Below, in pieces: positions 19,910 through 30,363 of a stretch of 64,000 nucleotides of DNA. Every line of letters begins with the position of its first letter. The stretch's first letter is position 1. Source of the stretch: a virus. The stretch is from the IMG/VR virus record IMGVR_UViG_3300036406_001149; one strand, 5' to 3'. The notes below the pieces were generated by a model. The model was not told the origin of the DNA. It searched no databases and saw only the letters and a list, made by a program, of their open reading frames with translations. The position numbers were made by a program, and so were the translations under genes.

Positions 19910-20785
19910 CTTGTATTGAATATGTTTTTCTCCCCACTCTCCTAACCAAAAGTGATTGCTTGATTTTGTACTATCACGATTATAGGTTGTGCCTAATGTT
20001 GAAAAACTTAATAAAGTTTTATTTGGATCTTCTATATTTTGTCTATTGATAGCAAAAGTAAAGGGTCCAGATGCTCTACCAATTATTACATCGCACTTTG
20101 TGCTTAAATATGATATTTCATTCAGATCTGAGCCATTTTCTTTTTTTATTATTTCAGATGCAAACAATACATTCGGATAGCTATCTCTGTCAAAATTAAA
20201 GTGATTCGTAAGTATCCATATTTTATCTGTATAAATTTTTGCCAGCTGTAGAAATATTTTAGAAAAGTCAAAATTTGATGATTGACTAGACATTGTTTGG
20301 TTATTGCAAGCTAAAACCATAATTTTGTTATTACTGCTAAATTCGTCTATATTTTTTGTGTTGATATAATCAAAATTTACACTTGGAAAAAAATCAAGAG
20401 GATCTTCGGATATGTCTTCTATGTTTATTCCAAAATAACTAAAAATATCCTTAAACATAAAATATAAACAATCAAAGTTAATTCCATTGCTTAATTTAAT
20501 ATACTTATCATGCTCGGCACGATACCAGGTATTTAAGACTACATTATTCTCATAAGTATGTATTAATTTGTTTTCTTCTGTATTTTTAAAATCTGTTAGA
20601 TGTTTGATTAATTTAAGATCCTCTGTTAGACACGGGTCATTTTTGTGGCTATAAAAAAGACCATATTCATGAAACTGGCTGACTGCTTTGGCTGAACCTT
20701 TCCATGGATGGCAAAACTTTGAAATAAAACCCCTGGAGACATGAATATCTCCGTTATTGTATTTATTGTAAAAAATAATGTTCAT
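19838..20785 (-). CDS. GT-B/GT9-like hypothetical glycan-island protein
   Basis: NGDIHVSR start and DLNEISYLSTKCDVIIGRASGP segment. Confidence 0.5.
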   Translation of the reverse strand: MNIIFYNKYNNGDIHVSRGFISKFCHPWKGSAKAVSQFHEYGLFYSHKNDPCLTEDLKLIKHLTDFKNTEENKLIHTYENNVVLNTWYRAEHDKYIKLSNGINFDCLYFMFKDIFSYFGINIEDISEDPLDFFPSVNFDYINTKNIDEFSSNNKIMVLACNNQTMSSQSSNFDFSKIFLQLAKIYTDKIWILTNHFNFDRDSYPNVLFASEIIKKENGSDLNEISYLSTKCDVIIGRASGPFTFAINRQNIEDPNKTLLSFSTLGTTYNRDSTKSSNHFWLGEWGEKHIQYKANIKEFSEEDPHKVFEIIKKLLS

Positions 20786-21870
20786 TTCAAATACTCTTTT
20801 ATTTTATTTACTATATATTCTATTTGTCCGTCAGTCAGAGATGGATATGATGGTAATATAATACACTGATTATTTAGCAGGTCTGAGTTTAAATTTTTTG
20901 ACTTACTACACATAATATGCTTATGTTTTGTTATATCGTAGAACATTGTTCTGGTCTCTATTCCAGCCTCAAACAAATAAAGTTGTAAATTTTGTTTCTG
21001 GGAAAGATTAAACTGATTGAGCCTGATTCCGAGCATCCATTCAGAGTGTTTTGTGTTTTTTTCAACTTTTTGAAAAGACACAGTTGTTAGTTCTTGAAGT
21101 AGGGACTTGTATAGTTCAAATATGTTGTGTTTTTTACATTGAATTTCAGGTAAGCATTCTAATTGTCCATATAAAATAGCTGCTTGAACATTGGTCATCC
21201 TGTAGTTGTAGCCCAAAACATCATGTATAAATTTTTCATTTGTTTGTCCTTGGGACTTTACTTTATTGATATACTCAAACACATCGTCGTCATCTGTTAC
21301 GAATGCCCCACCTTCGCCAGATGTAATTGTCTTATTTCCGAAAAATGATATGGATGAAGCAAATGACTCTGTTCCCGTATACTTATCGTTATATTTGCCT
21401 AAAAAGCCTTCGCAGTTATCTTCCAGTATGACTGTGTTTGGAAATTTTATTTTTAGTTCAGGCACATTAACAACGTTTCCGATATTATGCACTACCAATA
21501 TTGCTGAATCGTCGTCAATTATTGAGTCTAATTTAGAGATGTCAAAATTCCAGGTGTCAATATCAGAATCAATTGGAATAAGCTCATAGTCCTCATACAA
21601 AAAGGCATTCCATGCTGCTACATAAACATTGCTTGGAACAATAATTTTTTTAATATTAGGATGTTTGTATCTTAAAGCAATAGCCATGAGATGTGTTGCT
21701 GATGTTCCGTTGTTCGTTAATATGACTCTTTGATAGCCAAGGATATTTTTTACTTTATTTTTAGACGAATCCAGGTACTCTCCTTGTGAAGAAACCCAAC
21801 CAGAGTTTATGGCATCGTGTGCGTAACTTAGATTTTCCTCAGTAAAATATGGTTGATAAATAGGTATCAT
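20782..21870 (-). CDS. DegT-family aminotransferase, perosamine-synthase-like
   Basis: GWVSSQG, NGTSA, EDNCE, SFFGNKTITSGEGG, GYNYRMTN. Confidence 0.92.
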   Translation of the reverse strand: MIPIYQPYFTEENLSYAHDAINSGWVSSQGEYLDSSKNKVKNILGYQRVILTNNGTSATHLMAIALRYKHPNIKKIIVPSNVYVAAWNAFLYEDYELIPIDSDIDTWNFDISKLDSIIDDDSAILVVHNIGNVVNVPELKIKFPNTVILEDNCEGFLGKYNDKYTGTESFASSISFFGNKTITSGEGGAFVTDDDDVFEYINKVKSQGQTNEKFIHDVLGYNYRMTNVQAAILYGQLECLPEIQCKKHNIFELYKSLLQELTTVSFQKVEKNTKHSEWMLGIRLNQFNLSQKQNLQLYLFEAGIETRTMFYDITKHKHIMCSKSKNLNSDLLNNQCIILPSYPSLTDGQIEYIVNKIKEYLK

Positions 21871-21887
21871 TATGTCCTGTATTATCC

Positions 21888-22739
21888 TTATTGTATTAAA
21901 TGCTTTTGAAATTCGTCCACGCTACTAAACAAATTTTTGTTTCGTTTTGTATAAAAAGCATTTCTATAAATGCCGTTTGTTAAAGAGACCAATTTATCTG
22001 TAAAAAGAGATAAACAAAAAAATCCGCCACCACCAAAAACGTATGTCTTGTTAGAATTCATAATTATTCCACAATCTTCTAAAATTTTACTCAATGAAAA
22101 TGTATTAAAATCAAAGTTTTCTATAGTTAAATCTATTATTTTATTTTGAGCAATATTTTCTTTACAATTTTGATAAATAGAATATATGTTCTTTTTACTA
22201 TGAAGTGCGTATTCTCCAGAGTATTCTACTTGTCTTTCTCCAAGTAGAACAACTTTACCCTCAAAAGTATTTACTGAGCGGAAAAAATTTGTTGAAACTT
22301 GAGAAAAAACATCTAGATTCAAGTCTCTTACCTTTGTGAAAATTACAATATAGTTATCTTGATAAACCTTGTTTTTAATAATAAGTTTGTTTTTTATAGT
22401 GTCAATTACTGATGAATTATTTAGAATTTTACCGTCTCTTAGGAAGTCTGTGTCCCAAATGCGGTTGGTCTCATTTATATTATTTAAAATTTTGATATCA
22501 TAATTTGATAAAAAGTATTTAATGTATTCATGGCAAAATATTTCGTATTCACCGCTATTTTTTCTATAAATACGCAACGTATCTTTAGATAGAAAATACT
22601 CGACAGGTTCATTTTCTTTATGTTCTGCAAGTATTGCGCTACAGAAAAAAATAAGATCGCCTATACCAATACATTTAATTAAGTATTTTGTGTTAATATA
22701 ATTAGTATGTTTTGTGGGACCTTTGTATAAACTTACCAT
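21888..22739 (-). CDS. Hypothetical GT9-like protein
   Basis: GIGDL near the N-terminus, FGGGG late motif; start uncertain. Confidence 0.45.
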   Translation of the reverse strand: MVSLYKGPTKHTNYINTKYLIKCIGIGDLIFFCSAILAEHKENEPVEYFLSKDTLRIYRKNSGEYEIFCHEYIKYFLSNYDIKILNNINETNRIWDTDFLRDGKILNNSSVIDTIKNKLIIKNKVYQDNYIVIFTKVRDLNLDVFSQVSTNFFRSVNTFEGKVVLLGERQVEYSGEYALHSKKNIYSIYQNCKENIAQNKIIDLTIENFDFNTFSLSKILEDCGIIMNSNKTYVFGGGGFFCLSLFTDKLVSLTNGIYRNAFYTKRNKNLFSSVDEFQKHLIQ

Positions 22740-23010
22740 TATCTAAATTTTCTCCACTCAATTTAGCCTCTATTATTTCAATTATTTTTTGATCCACTTC
22801 GTTAATTAATTGGTTTCTTTGAACATTGAGATCACATGCTTTTTTAAGACATTCCCATAAATTTTTTGCTCCATTTTCATCTTCAAAATATTTTTTTTTG
22901 TATTCTTCAAAACTCATTCTTCGTATTTCATATAATAATTCTTGATTATTCCACATTTTTAAATCAACCGTAGTTAATTTGTCAATCACGCTACCGAGTG
23001 TATCAGCCAT
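22702..23010 (-). CDS. DUF4254-like helical protein
   Basis: LGSVIDKL...KMW..Q and LNVQRNQLINEVD pattern. Confidence 0.6.
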   Translation of the reverse strand: MADTLGSVIDKLTTVDLKMWNNQELLYEIRRMSFEEYKKKYFEDENGAKNLWECLKKACDLNVQRNQLINEVDQKIIEIIEAKLSGENLDNGKFIQRSHKTY

Positions 23011-23683
23011 TGTTTGCTCCTTGAGTGTTAGAATATATTAATTTATTGTTCCATTTAAAGCTTGGATATTCTTTGTTGTAACTTTGGATCATCTCATAGT
23101 TTTTTGATAAGCTTCCCATGCTAAGATAACAGTTGTTAAAATAATAAGAATCTATTTTATAGCCCAATTCTTTCAATATAGATAAGCGCTCACTCCAATC
23201 ATACCCACATTCAATAACTAAAATACTAGGTAGCAATGTTTTATCCATTAATTTCCAAGAATTTAATACTGTTTTTTCATGACCCTCAATATCTAAAACT
23301 ACTATGTCAAAAACTATTTTAAGTTTTTTAAGTAAGCTATCATAGGTTATTGCCTCAACTTCAATCTCCTTAAAAGTAGATCCGTATTGACTTAGTTCTT
23401 CTAGATGTTCTTGAGAATATTCGCAACTGCTGTTTGCCGGATGAGAAGAAATAATAAATTTTATAACTCCATCAAGATTAGACAGAGCAAAGTTGAGGGT
23501 GTTTTTTCTAAATTTTTGCAACAATAGGTGGTCTTCTTTGTTTGCCTCAATGCACCAGCAATTATTGTCTGGTTCAAACTCTAGAGTTTCTTCTCCATGT
23601 GTGTGGGAGCCACACTCTAAAATGTTTAAATCAATCCAATTTAATTGGTAAATATCTTTTAGTATCTGACTAATTTTTTTCAT
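23003..23683 (-). CDS. FkbM-family methyltransferase
   Basis: LECGS, IEAN, NFALS, VLDIEGHE. Confidence 0.85.
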   Translation of the reverse strand: MKKISQILKDIYQLNWIDLNILECGSHTHGEETLEFEPDNNCWCIEANKEDHLLLQKFRKNTLNFALSNLDGVIKFIISSHPANSSCEYSQEHLEELSQYGSTFKEIEVEAITYDSLLKKLKIVFDIVVLDIEGHEKTVLNSWKLMDKTLLPSILVIECGYDWSERLSILKELGYKIDSYYFNNCYLSMGSLSKNYEMIQSYNKEYPSFKWNNKLIYSNTQGANNG

Positions 23684-24257
23684 TTTGACTCATTTCAATA
23701 TCTTTTTGCATCATAAGAAGCTTTTCAATATTTCTTGTCTTAATAATTTTGATATTAGTTCCATCAGCGATACAAACAGAACCGGCAGGTATATTTTTGC
23801 GAATAATTGAACCAATGCTAGTTGTAGCCCCGTCACCAATATTTACACCCGGCAATACCGTTGTCCGACTACCTAAAGACACCGCTTTACCTATATAAAT
23901 ATCTCCACATCTAACTTTTTTGTATTGTTCAGGAATGTACGGTAATGAGGCGAGGTGGTCGCCAATAAAGTCATCAGTTGCAGTGTATAAATAAGCACCA
24001 TTAGACATTACGGAACAAGAATCTATTATTATTTTTCCACCAGACCCAGATAAAACACTATGTGGTCCTATATGAATATTACTTTTTAAGCAAATATTAC
24101 CCTTAAGTATACAATAAGCATCAATACGTATGTTGCTACCGATTTCCATATTCTTTTCGCCAACAAATACGCAGGTAGAATCTATTTGTATATTTTTACC
24201 TATAGACTTAAAGCCAAAATCTTGAAGATCGTGTTCTGTGAGGTATTTGGATTTCAT
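23670..24257 (-). CDS. Left-handed beta-helix O/N-acetyltransferase
   Basis: Hexapeptide repeats IGSNIRID, IHIGPHSVL, VLPGVNIGDGA. Confidence 0.88.
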   Translation of the reverse strand: MKSKYLTEHDLQDFGFKSIGKNIQIDSTCVFVGEKNMEIGSNIRIDAYCILKGNICLKSNIHIGPHSVLSGSGGKIIIDSCSVMSNGAYLYTATDDFIGDHLASLPYIPEQYKKVRCGDIYIGKAVSLGSRTTVLPGVNIGDGATTSIGSIIRKNIPAGSVCIADGTNIKIIKTRNIEKLLMMQKDIEMSQNEKN

Positions 24258-24530
24258 ATTCCCCAGTCCATATCAGGCATCTTGGCCACTTTTAATTTGG
24301 CTAATGATTCTCACGGCTCTAGACTCCCTTTGTAGTCTGTTTCTTTTTGTGTATAATTGCAGCGCTATATTTTTTTCTTATGTGTGATATCTTGTCAATA
24401 TTTGAAAAAGACTTTGCGAAATGTTCTTCTATGTTCCTTATTGAACCATAGATGATCAAGTTTGTTTTTAGCTTCGTCTAGAGATGATATTTTTCTCATA
24501 TTTGTAGATTAGAAACCCATGTTTTTCTGC

Positions 24531-24896
24531 TTATGTTGAGAAATATTGGATTACTTTATTGTTAAAACTTTCTTTTCTATTGTACTGATGAATAATTGAA
24601 TACGCCTTATTCAGGTTGTCTGTGATTTTAATTCCGTCAATATTAATTCCGTGACTATTGATGAGCTTATCAGAAAAACCAAAACCAGCATCTACGGGGC
24701 CGTCGTGTAGTTTCGCATATTTATAGAACCTATGTTCTTTTTTCCCGTGTAGAATGTAGTGTCTAATAGCATTTTCTTCTGTAAGAATACCCTGTTGTTT
24801 TAGATCAGGATTGAGGTTTAAATATATTGTATAATTAAAATCAGAAGGAATGAGATCTGGTCTCTTTTGAGAAAGATTTTGTATATATTGACTCAT
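24531..24896 (-). CDS. Short protein with FNY..Y...NPDL...HY...G module (possibly truncated GT)
   Basis: Same module as the N-terminus of 4969-7116. Confidence 0.55.
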   Translation of the reverse strand: MSQYIQNLSQKRPDLIPSDFNYTIYLNLNPDLKQQGILTEENAIRHYILHGKKEHRFYKYAKLHDGPVDAGFGFSDKLINSHGINIDGIKITDNLNKAYSIIHQYNRKESFNNKVIQYFST

Positions 24897-25849
24897 ATTT
24901 TATTTTGTATTATAGTCTGAAAATTAAGCTTGTGATATTTTTGATACGAACAACTGATAAAATCTTGCCACTTGATAATAAGACTGTCTTCGGTGTCGTT
25001 CAATACGGATCCCCATAGATTAGGATTTTCTCTGATATAGCACTTTCGATTATGTAATACAATTATATGAAACTTATTCTTATCTGAGTAATTGCATATT
25101 AGTTTATATTGTTTTTTGCGTCTGGCTTCATATATCCATAATTTATTATAGTAGACTAGATAACAAAAAACTCTTTCCAGAGAATGACAAAACGTCCCTC
25201 CGTCTATTCTGTCTTCTACTTTTGCTACTTCTCGATTTACAAGAGACAACAAATAAGATGATGATTCTGTATTAAAATATTTTTTGAACAGAGATGTTCT
25301 GGACATAAACATTGTACCAGCAATAAAATTTTTATTAGAAATTTTATTATATTTAATATTTAAGTAATTACATAATGATTTTATTTTTTTATGATTGGAA
25401 GTTTCGTAGTTTTTTAGTAAAAGAGCTGTATTAGCAATCATGCCGCATTTAGGATTAGTCATAAAATTATTAATATTAGACAATAGAGTTTCTTTGGAAC
25501 CTATTAAATCATTAAATAACATGCCTCTCCAATCCGCTAAATATCTTTTAGTTAAAATAGATATCTTAGAATGTAATTTAATAAAAAGCGGATGTTCGTT
25601 AGGATCTATATTAGAAATTTCATGTAAGAAAGAAGATACATCTCCTCCAATATTTGGATAAATTTTTATGCTAAAATCACTAATTGAATTTTGTATATCG
25701 TCAATAACAACCTTGTTAGCGACTGAATGATCTTCACACAAACACATATATAATTTAATATATGGATTAAGTGGCTTAAGTAAAGATAGTAGCTCAGGCC
25801 ATATCTCTGTGTGGTACAACCACACTATAACAGCAATTTTTTTAGGCAC
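24893..25849 (-). CDS. RgpF (rhamnan synthesis F)-like protein
   Basis: WLYHTEIW, PNIGGDV, IKLHSK, FIAGTMF, HSLERVF; likely GTG start at 25849. Confidence 0.85.
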   Translation of the reverse strand: MPKKIAVIVWLYHTEIWPELLSLLKPLNPYIKLYMCLCEDHSVANKVVIDDIQNSISDFSIKIYPNIGGDVSSFLHEISNIDPNEHPLFIKLHSKISILTKRYLADWRGMLFNDLIGSKETLLSNINNFMTNPKCGMIANTALLLKNYETSNHKKIKSLCNYLNIKYNKISNKNFIAGTMFMSRTSLFKKYFNTESSSYLLSLVNREVAKVEDRIDGGTFCHSLERVFCYLVYYNKLWIYEARRKKQYKLICNYSDKNKFHIIVLHNRKCYIRENPNLWGSVLNDTEDSLIIKWQDFISCSYQKYHKLNFQTIIQNKI

Positions 25850-26780
25850 GATGATAGAACTCCGTTTTGTGTGTGTTAGAGTAATCTTTAAAATATCTGT
25901 ATTTTTTTTGTTTACTAGAATCTGTAATATATAACCAATAAATATCAAAATATTCTGGATGGTGATCTATAATTTTCCCGTATATGTGTGCGTTTTCTTG
26001 AATATAACATTGATTATTGTATAAATGAACCAGATTCAAAAATGACTCAGATGTTAACTGATTAGTTAGATCGGATTGTATTTTTATGGTTGGAATATCA
26101 GATGCTCCTATATTAGAAACATAACCAAATACTCTTTCCATAGCATGACAATATGTTCCTATTTTTTTTTCTTTTACTTTTAAAGTTTCTTGCGACAGCA
26201 AACTATGAATATAGTCAAAATGATCAAGAAACACTCGCAAGTTACTGCACTTGGACATAAACATCGTCCCCGCACAAAAGTCTTTGCTGTTCGACACAAC
26301 GTTGCAACTCTGCATAATTTCTATTATTTTATTTGTATGAAATGATTCTCTATTATGAAAAATAAAGAATTTATTACCCAACATGTTATATTGATTATTT
26401 TCTAATTTATATAAATTATTAGCTAAAATAGTTGGAGATCCTATTAGATCATTTAAGAGCATTGCTCTCCATTCACAATGTCTATAAACTCCCCATTTGC
26501 TTTTTTTAGAATGTATTTTAATACAGTATTCATATTTATCAATAATTTGTTCTAATTGATATAAAAAGGGTAATATATCCGCCCCTTCATTATTAAATAA
26601 ATTAATATAGATATTAGAAAAATAGTTAGTAAATAATTTGATTGTTTGATCATCACAATCTTTTGGTAATCCTAAAAATAAATCTATATATTCTTTTAAT
26701 GGATATAATAATTTAAAATACTCTTCTCTGAGCTGTTCATGAAATAGCCACAAACATACTGCTATTTTTTTAGTTTTCAT
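25842..26780 (-). CDS. RgpF-like protein (tandem paralog)
   Basis: WLFHEQL, NEGADILPF, KIHSKKS, FCAGTMF, HAMERVF. Confidence 0.85.
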   Translation of the reverse strand: MKTKKIAVCLWLFHEQLREEYFKLLYPLKEYIDLFLGLPKDCDDQTIKLFTNYFSNIYINLFNNEGADILPFLYQLEQIIDKYEYCIKIHSKKSKWGVYRHCEWRAMLLNDLIGSPTILANNLYKLENNQYNMLGNKFFIFHNRESFHTNKIIEIMQSCNVVSNSKDFCAGTMFMSKCSNLRVFLDHFDYIHSLLSQETLKVKEKKIGTYCHAMERVFGYVSNIGASDIPTIKIQSDLTNQLTSESFLNLVHLYNNQCYIQENAHIYGKIIDHHPEYFDIYWLYITDSSKQKKYRYFKDYSNTHKTEFYHRA

Positions 26781-26872
26781 AAACCTTATACTAATGAATA
26801 TTCCTTTAGTATACTACTGTTCCTATTCTTAATATCCGTTATTTGTCGAGACTTGCCGTGTATCTTGTTATA

Positions 26873-26889
26873 TTAGCTGTTTCAGCTAA
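26873..26889 (-). terminator. Short hairpin after the GlsB-like gene
   Basis: TTAGCTG-ttt-CAGCTAA inverted repeat; weak U-tract. Confidence 0.35.
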
Positions 26890-26919
26890 AGACACAAAAG
26901 AAGCCTATGGTCCATTAAA

Positions 26920-27174
26920 TTAATCGCTTTTTTTTGTTAGTTTATTGTACAATAAAATTGATACACATGCTCCAGCAATACCCATAAATAAGCCAGCTGG
27001 TTCCAAAGAACTATATTTGCCCAATAAATAAAGTATAGCTCCTCCCATGTATGAGCCAGCCACACCGAGAGCCACTGTTTTTAAGAAACCAAAATTTTCT
27101 TCGCCAGGAATAATAGACTTAGCTATACTCCCAACAAATATTCCATATATACACCACGTTAATAAGCTAACCAT
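26920..27174 (-). CDS. GlsB/YeaQ/YmgE (transglycosylase-associated) membrane protein
   Basis: GIFVGSIAKSIIPG, LGVAGSYMGG, three hydrophobic segments. Confidence 0.85.
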   Translation of the reverse strand: MVSLLTWCIYGIFVGSIAKSIIPGEENFGFLKTVALGVAGSYMGGAILYLLGKYSSLEPAGLFMGIAGACVSILLYNKLTKKSD

Positions 27175-27562
27175 TTGAAGTCTCCATTAAAGCTGTAAGT
27201 TCATCTTCCGTGAGGTTTTCTCCTGTATTTAAAATAGCATCAACTAAACTTGCTCCATAATCTCTATAATCTTCTTTATCTAATTCTCTACGTATAATTT
27301 TTTTCAATCTCATTTTGGTAAACCAGCCTCGTTTAATTGATAGCTGTTTGATTTGTGCGCCATATGTGTCACATTTTTCTTTAAATTTTAAACCATCTAA
27401 TTTAGATTTATTACATTCTTGAATAGTTCTTATTGCTGTCAAAATGATACTAATAATCATCAGTATTACTATGACACTACCATATTTATCTTTATTTTGC
27501 ATTGGCACCTGAGCCAACACCTTTTCTGCTAAATTTTTAAGAATGATCTCATTATTACTCAT
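27167..27562 (-). CDS. Hypothetical single-TM protein
   Basis: ORF with hydrophobic SVIVILMIISIILTAI. Confidence 0.6.
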   Translation of the reverse strand: MSNNEIILKNLAEKVLAQVPMQNKDKYGSVIVILMIISIILTAIRTIQECNKSKLDGLKFKEKCDTYGAQIKQLSIKRGWFTKMRLKKIIRRELDKEDYRDYGASLVDAILNTGENLTEDELTALMETSNG

Positions 27563-27567
27563 GGGTA

Positions 27568-27861
27568 TTATTTCTTAATAAGTTGTGTTTTACAGTTTTT
27601 AAGGTCTTGAGAATTAGCTGTTGTGGGAGCTTCTTCACAATATTGACAATCGATTTTTTTGATACCATCTCCACTTATATACCATCCCTTGCCCTTGCAT
27701 ACTGGACAGTCTTTTCTCTTATATTTTTTAGTAACTTCTTGTGAATGCTTGGCTTTAATTATGCCGCCAGCAAGTGTTACAGGGGCTGTTGTTGACCCAT
27801 AATAGCGTCCCTCAGCAAATAATAAACTGACACAGAATAAACCAATAAATAATTTATTCAT
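27568..27861 (-). CDS. Secreted protein with DnaJ-type Zn finger
   Basis: Signal-like MNKLFIGLFCVSLLFA; CPVCKGKG and CQYC. Confidence 0.55.
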   Translation of the reverse strand: MNKLFIGLFCVSLLFAEGRYYGSTTAPVTLAGGIIKAKHSQEVTKKYKRKDCPVCKGKGWYISGDGIKKIDCQYCEEAPTTANSQDLKNCKTQLIKK

Positions 27862-28046
27862 TTTCGTTCTCTCCACGGAAGGATATTGTCCACCAAATCT
27901 TTCAAGGGTCTTTTTGGTTTTGGTTTTACTGGACTGTCTGGTTTATTTTCAGGAGTACTTTTATCAAACATCTTAATGATAGCTAAGATAAAATCTAAAA
28001 GCATTTGTATTGCTCTGTTGAGAGCTATTCTATCTATTAATCTCAT
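27858..28046 (-). CDS. Hypothetical small protein
   Basis: ORF in operon, preceded by GGTGTAA motif. Confidence 0.6.
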   Translation of the reverse strand: MRLIDRIALNRAIQMLLDFILAIIKMFDKSTPENKPDSPVKPKPKRPLKDLVDNILPWRERK

Positions 28047-28123
28047 AGAAATAATCTCTGTAAAAAGAAAGGATACAATATTATTACACCAACTGCCATC
28101 CCTGATTATTTGCTCAGATTGTT

Positions 28124-29047
28124 TTATAGGTAATCTTCAAAACCATAGCTTGGTAGTTTTTGTAGTGGAAAACCGTCAAATCCACTAAAAGCATAGGAAC
28201 CATTGGCCGATAACATTCCAGCAGCAGCATCAGCATGAATTAAAAATGAACCGTCTGGAATTGGACCCCATTCTGGGTGTCCACCATCATTCCATTTCCC
28301 CCAGCTATTTTGCACAAGAAATGCTGGCTCACTTCCAGTATCGTCACAAGCTATCCAAGCCATGCAATGAGCCCAATTGCCTGATGTTCTAGCAAATCCC
28401 CTTTTATCTCTAGTATTACTAAAGCCATAATTAGAACATACTGCTAATCCATAACCGTTAGCAAGAGCATCTCTAGCTTCTTCTACTGTTCGTATTAATG
28501 AAGCTGTCTTTATCTGGTGATCGTTAGAAAGGTCTAATACTTTATCTGGAAGACCTCTACCACCCCATCCGGCTCCCAAATTACCATTATACTTACTAAA
28601 ATCTACAAAACCATAATTTTTTCTAACAACAATACCTCCGACCTTGCTAACAAATTCTGCTGCTCTAGCACAACTCATGCCCTGACCAGAAAATCCACGA
28701 TAACCATAAATAGCTTCTGTTGCTCCTTTTGCTATCCAATCCTCTCTCTCGTTATGTATATCTATTTCTACTGCTCTCGTAACATCACAAGCGTTTCGTG
28801 TTCCATGGCTCACACAATCTCCAGTGGTTTGTCTTTCATTGTAAGGATGCTTATCAAACTTTAACACACTCTTGTATGGTGTTGAAAGCTTCCCTTTGCC
28901 ACTACCGCTAATTCTTTTGCTAGCATCACCAAATAATGGATACTTGGAAGTTTCCATCAAATGATCATATACATGCTGCTCCCATACGCAGCCACTAAAT
29001 CCTTTACGATAATTATCATATAATTCTTTTGGAGATAGTCTAGGCAT
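28124..29047 (-). CDS. Papain-family (C1) cysteine peptidase
   Basis: Q-TTGDC (oxyanion Gln, catalytic Cys), WAHCM (His), VQNSWG (Asn). Confidence 0.88.
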   Translation of the reverse strand: MPRLSPKELYDNYRKGFSGCVWEQHVYDHLMETSKYPLFGDASKRISGSGKGKLSTPYKSVLKFDKHPYNERQTTGDCVSHGTRNACDVTRAVEIDIHNEREDWIAKGATEAIYGYRGFSGQGMSCARAAEFVSKVGGIVVRKNYGFVDFSKYNGNLGAGWGGRGLPDKVLDLSNDHQIKTASLIRTVEEARDALANGYGLAVCSNYGFSNTRDKRGFARTSGNWAHCMAWIACDDTGSEPAFLVQNSWGKWNDGGHPEWGPIPDGSFLIHADAAAGMLSANGSYAFSGFDGFPLQKLPSYGFEDYL

Positions 29048-29538
29048 TATTTTGATCCCATATTACAAGCCCAAGCTAAAGCATTAAGACCTTCTACAGC
29101 TTTGGCTCTTAGCTCTTTGGATAAAAGAATTTGATCATCACCAATAGAAGCTACTACTACTTCTTTTGCTTCTTTGGCTAGATCAGGATACTTACCCTTA
29201 ATATCTAGCCTAAGCATAACACCAGCCAAACTATTGGCTTGACGAATTTCTTCTGTGTTTTTAACTACTTCGTTTTCTCCGTCAAGCTCAACAAGCTTTG
29301 CCAAATCCATATACAAATCTCTTAATCTTCTAGCGTCTGCTTTAGCCCCAGCTTCTTTTAGAACTGTAACGACATCTTCTGCTTCTTTTTTAAGAGCTTC
29401 ATCTGTTGGTGTCGGTAATTCTAAAACGTCTACTGATACTGGTTTGTTTGGACCAAGAATATTTGAAAACTCTGGCTTGAGCAAACCAACAAAGATTAAT
29501 AAGATAGCTAATCCTAGTAATATATTTTTTTGGTTCAT
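29047..29538 (-). CDS. Hypothetical N-terminally anchored/secreted protein
   Basis: N-terminal hydrophobic helix ILLGLAILLIFVGLL. Confidence 0.6.
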   Translation of the reverse strand: MNQKNILLGLAILLIFVGLLKPEFSNILGPNKPVSVDVLELPTPTDEALKKEAEDVVTVLKEAGAKADARRLRDLYMDLAKLVELDGENEVVKNTEEIRQANSLAGVMLRLDIKGKYPDLAKEAKEVVVASIGDDQILLSKELRAKAVEGLNALAWACNMGSK

Positions 29539-29927
29539 GATACCTTATCCTCATTCGGTTTTTGCTTACATACATTTGGACTTAAAAATGGAAACATTTG
29601 ATCAGCAACTTTAACGGCTTCAGAACAACCGCTCTGAACAGCTAAGTCACGAGTTTGTTTCCATGAAACCACTAATTTAAAAAAGGTATCTTCAACATCA
29701 GTTCCCTTTGGAACAACTACTGGGGATACTGAAGGTACTGTAACCACTGGTAACGCAGACCCACCCGTACCCTTGAACCTATCGACTAAACCCATAAGGA
29801 GTTTTTGTACTGGACTAAGTTTGTCCTTAAACAAAACCCATAGTACAATACCAACACCGGCATAAAGAGCCAAATCCGTTGTGCTCAGTTTACTACTAAA
29901 TTCTTGAAAGCTCTCTGTAAAATTCAT
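29535..29927 (-). CDS. Hypothetical single-TM protein
   Basis: LALYAGVGIVLWVLF; likely start MNFTES at 29927. Confidence 0.6.
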   Translation of the reverse strand: MNFTESFQEFSSKLSTTDLALYAGVGIVLWVLFKDKLSPVQKLLMGLVDRFKGTGGSALPVVTVPSVSPVVVPKGTDVEDTFFKLVVSWKQTRDLAVQSGCSEAVKVADQMFPFLSPNVCKQKPNEDKVS

Positions 29928-29937
29928 TTTATTTTCC

Positions 29938-30363
29938 TTATTTATCTGACACTTTTGGAGTATTATCAACGACAGAATCAACTTTAGCGCTTGGATCAAC
30001 AAAAATTCCACTATTTCTAAACGTAGTAACTAAAGCATCAATAGTGGCACTAACCAAAAGCATGAGAATCTGTTTCACATACTTCTGTATAATAGGCTGT
30101 AGAATCTGTGGCACAAATGGAAAATTTATTATTGTAAATACTTGATCATAAAAGTTAGAGATCATAGTCATAGCCAGTGTTTTTTTATCAGCCCCCTTAA
30201 GTGAGGGACTATTGTTCTCTATGCTTTGAATAACTTCTGCTGTAGCTAGTTGCAAAATATTCCATGCTTGTGGTACTGCTACTGCTTTTGCGCTTTTAAG
30301 AATTTCTTTAGCTTTAATTACTAGATCTCCAAGATCATTTACTGACAGGTTTTGGGTTTGCAT
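29938..30363 (-). CDS. Hypothetical phage protein (lysis-cluster associated)
   Basis: ORF with GADKK motif and amphipathic C-terminal half. Confidence 0.55.
   Translation of the reverse strand: MQTQNLSVNDLGDLVIKAKEILKSAKAVAVPQAWNILQLATAEVIQSIENNSPSLKGADKKTLAMTMISNFYDQVFTIINFPFVPQILQPIIQKYVKQILMLLVSATIDALVTTFRNSGIFVDPSAKVDSVVDNTPKVSDK

Noticed and set aside
24254-24400. Short frame ESLAKLKVAKMPDMDWGI* and a TTGACA at 24393-24398
   Set aside because: The peptide is too short to assign, and the TTGACA has no -10 at 16-18 nt.
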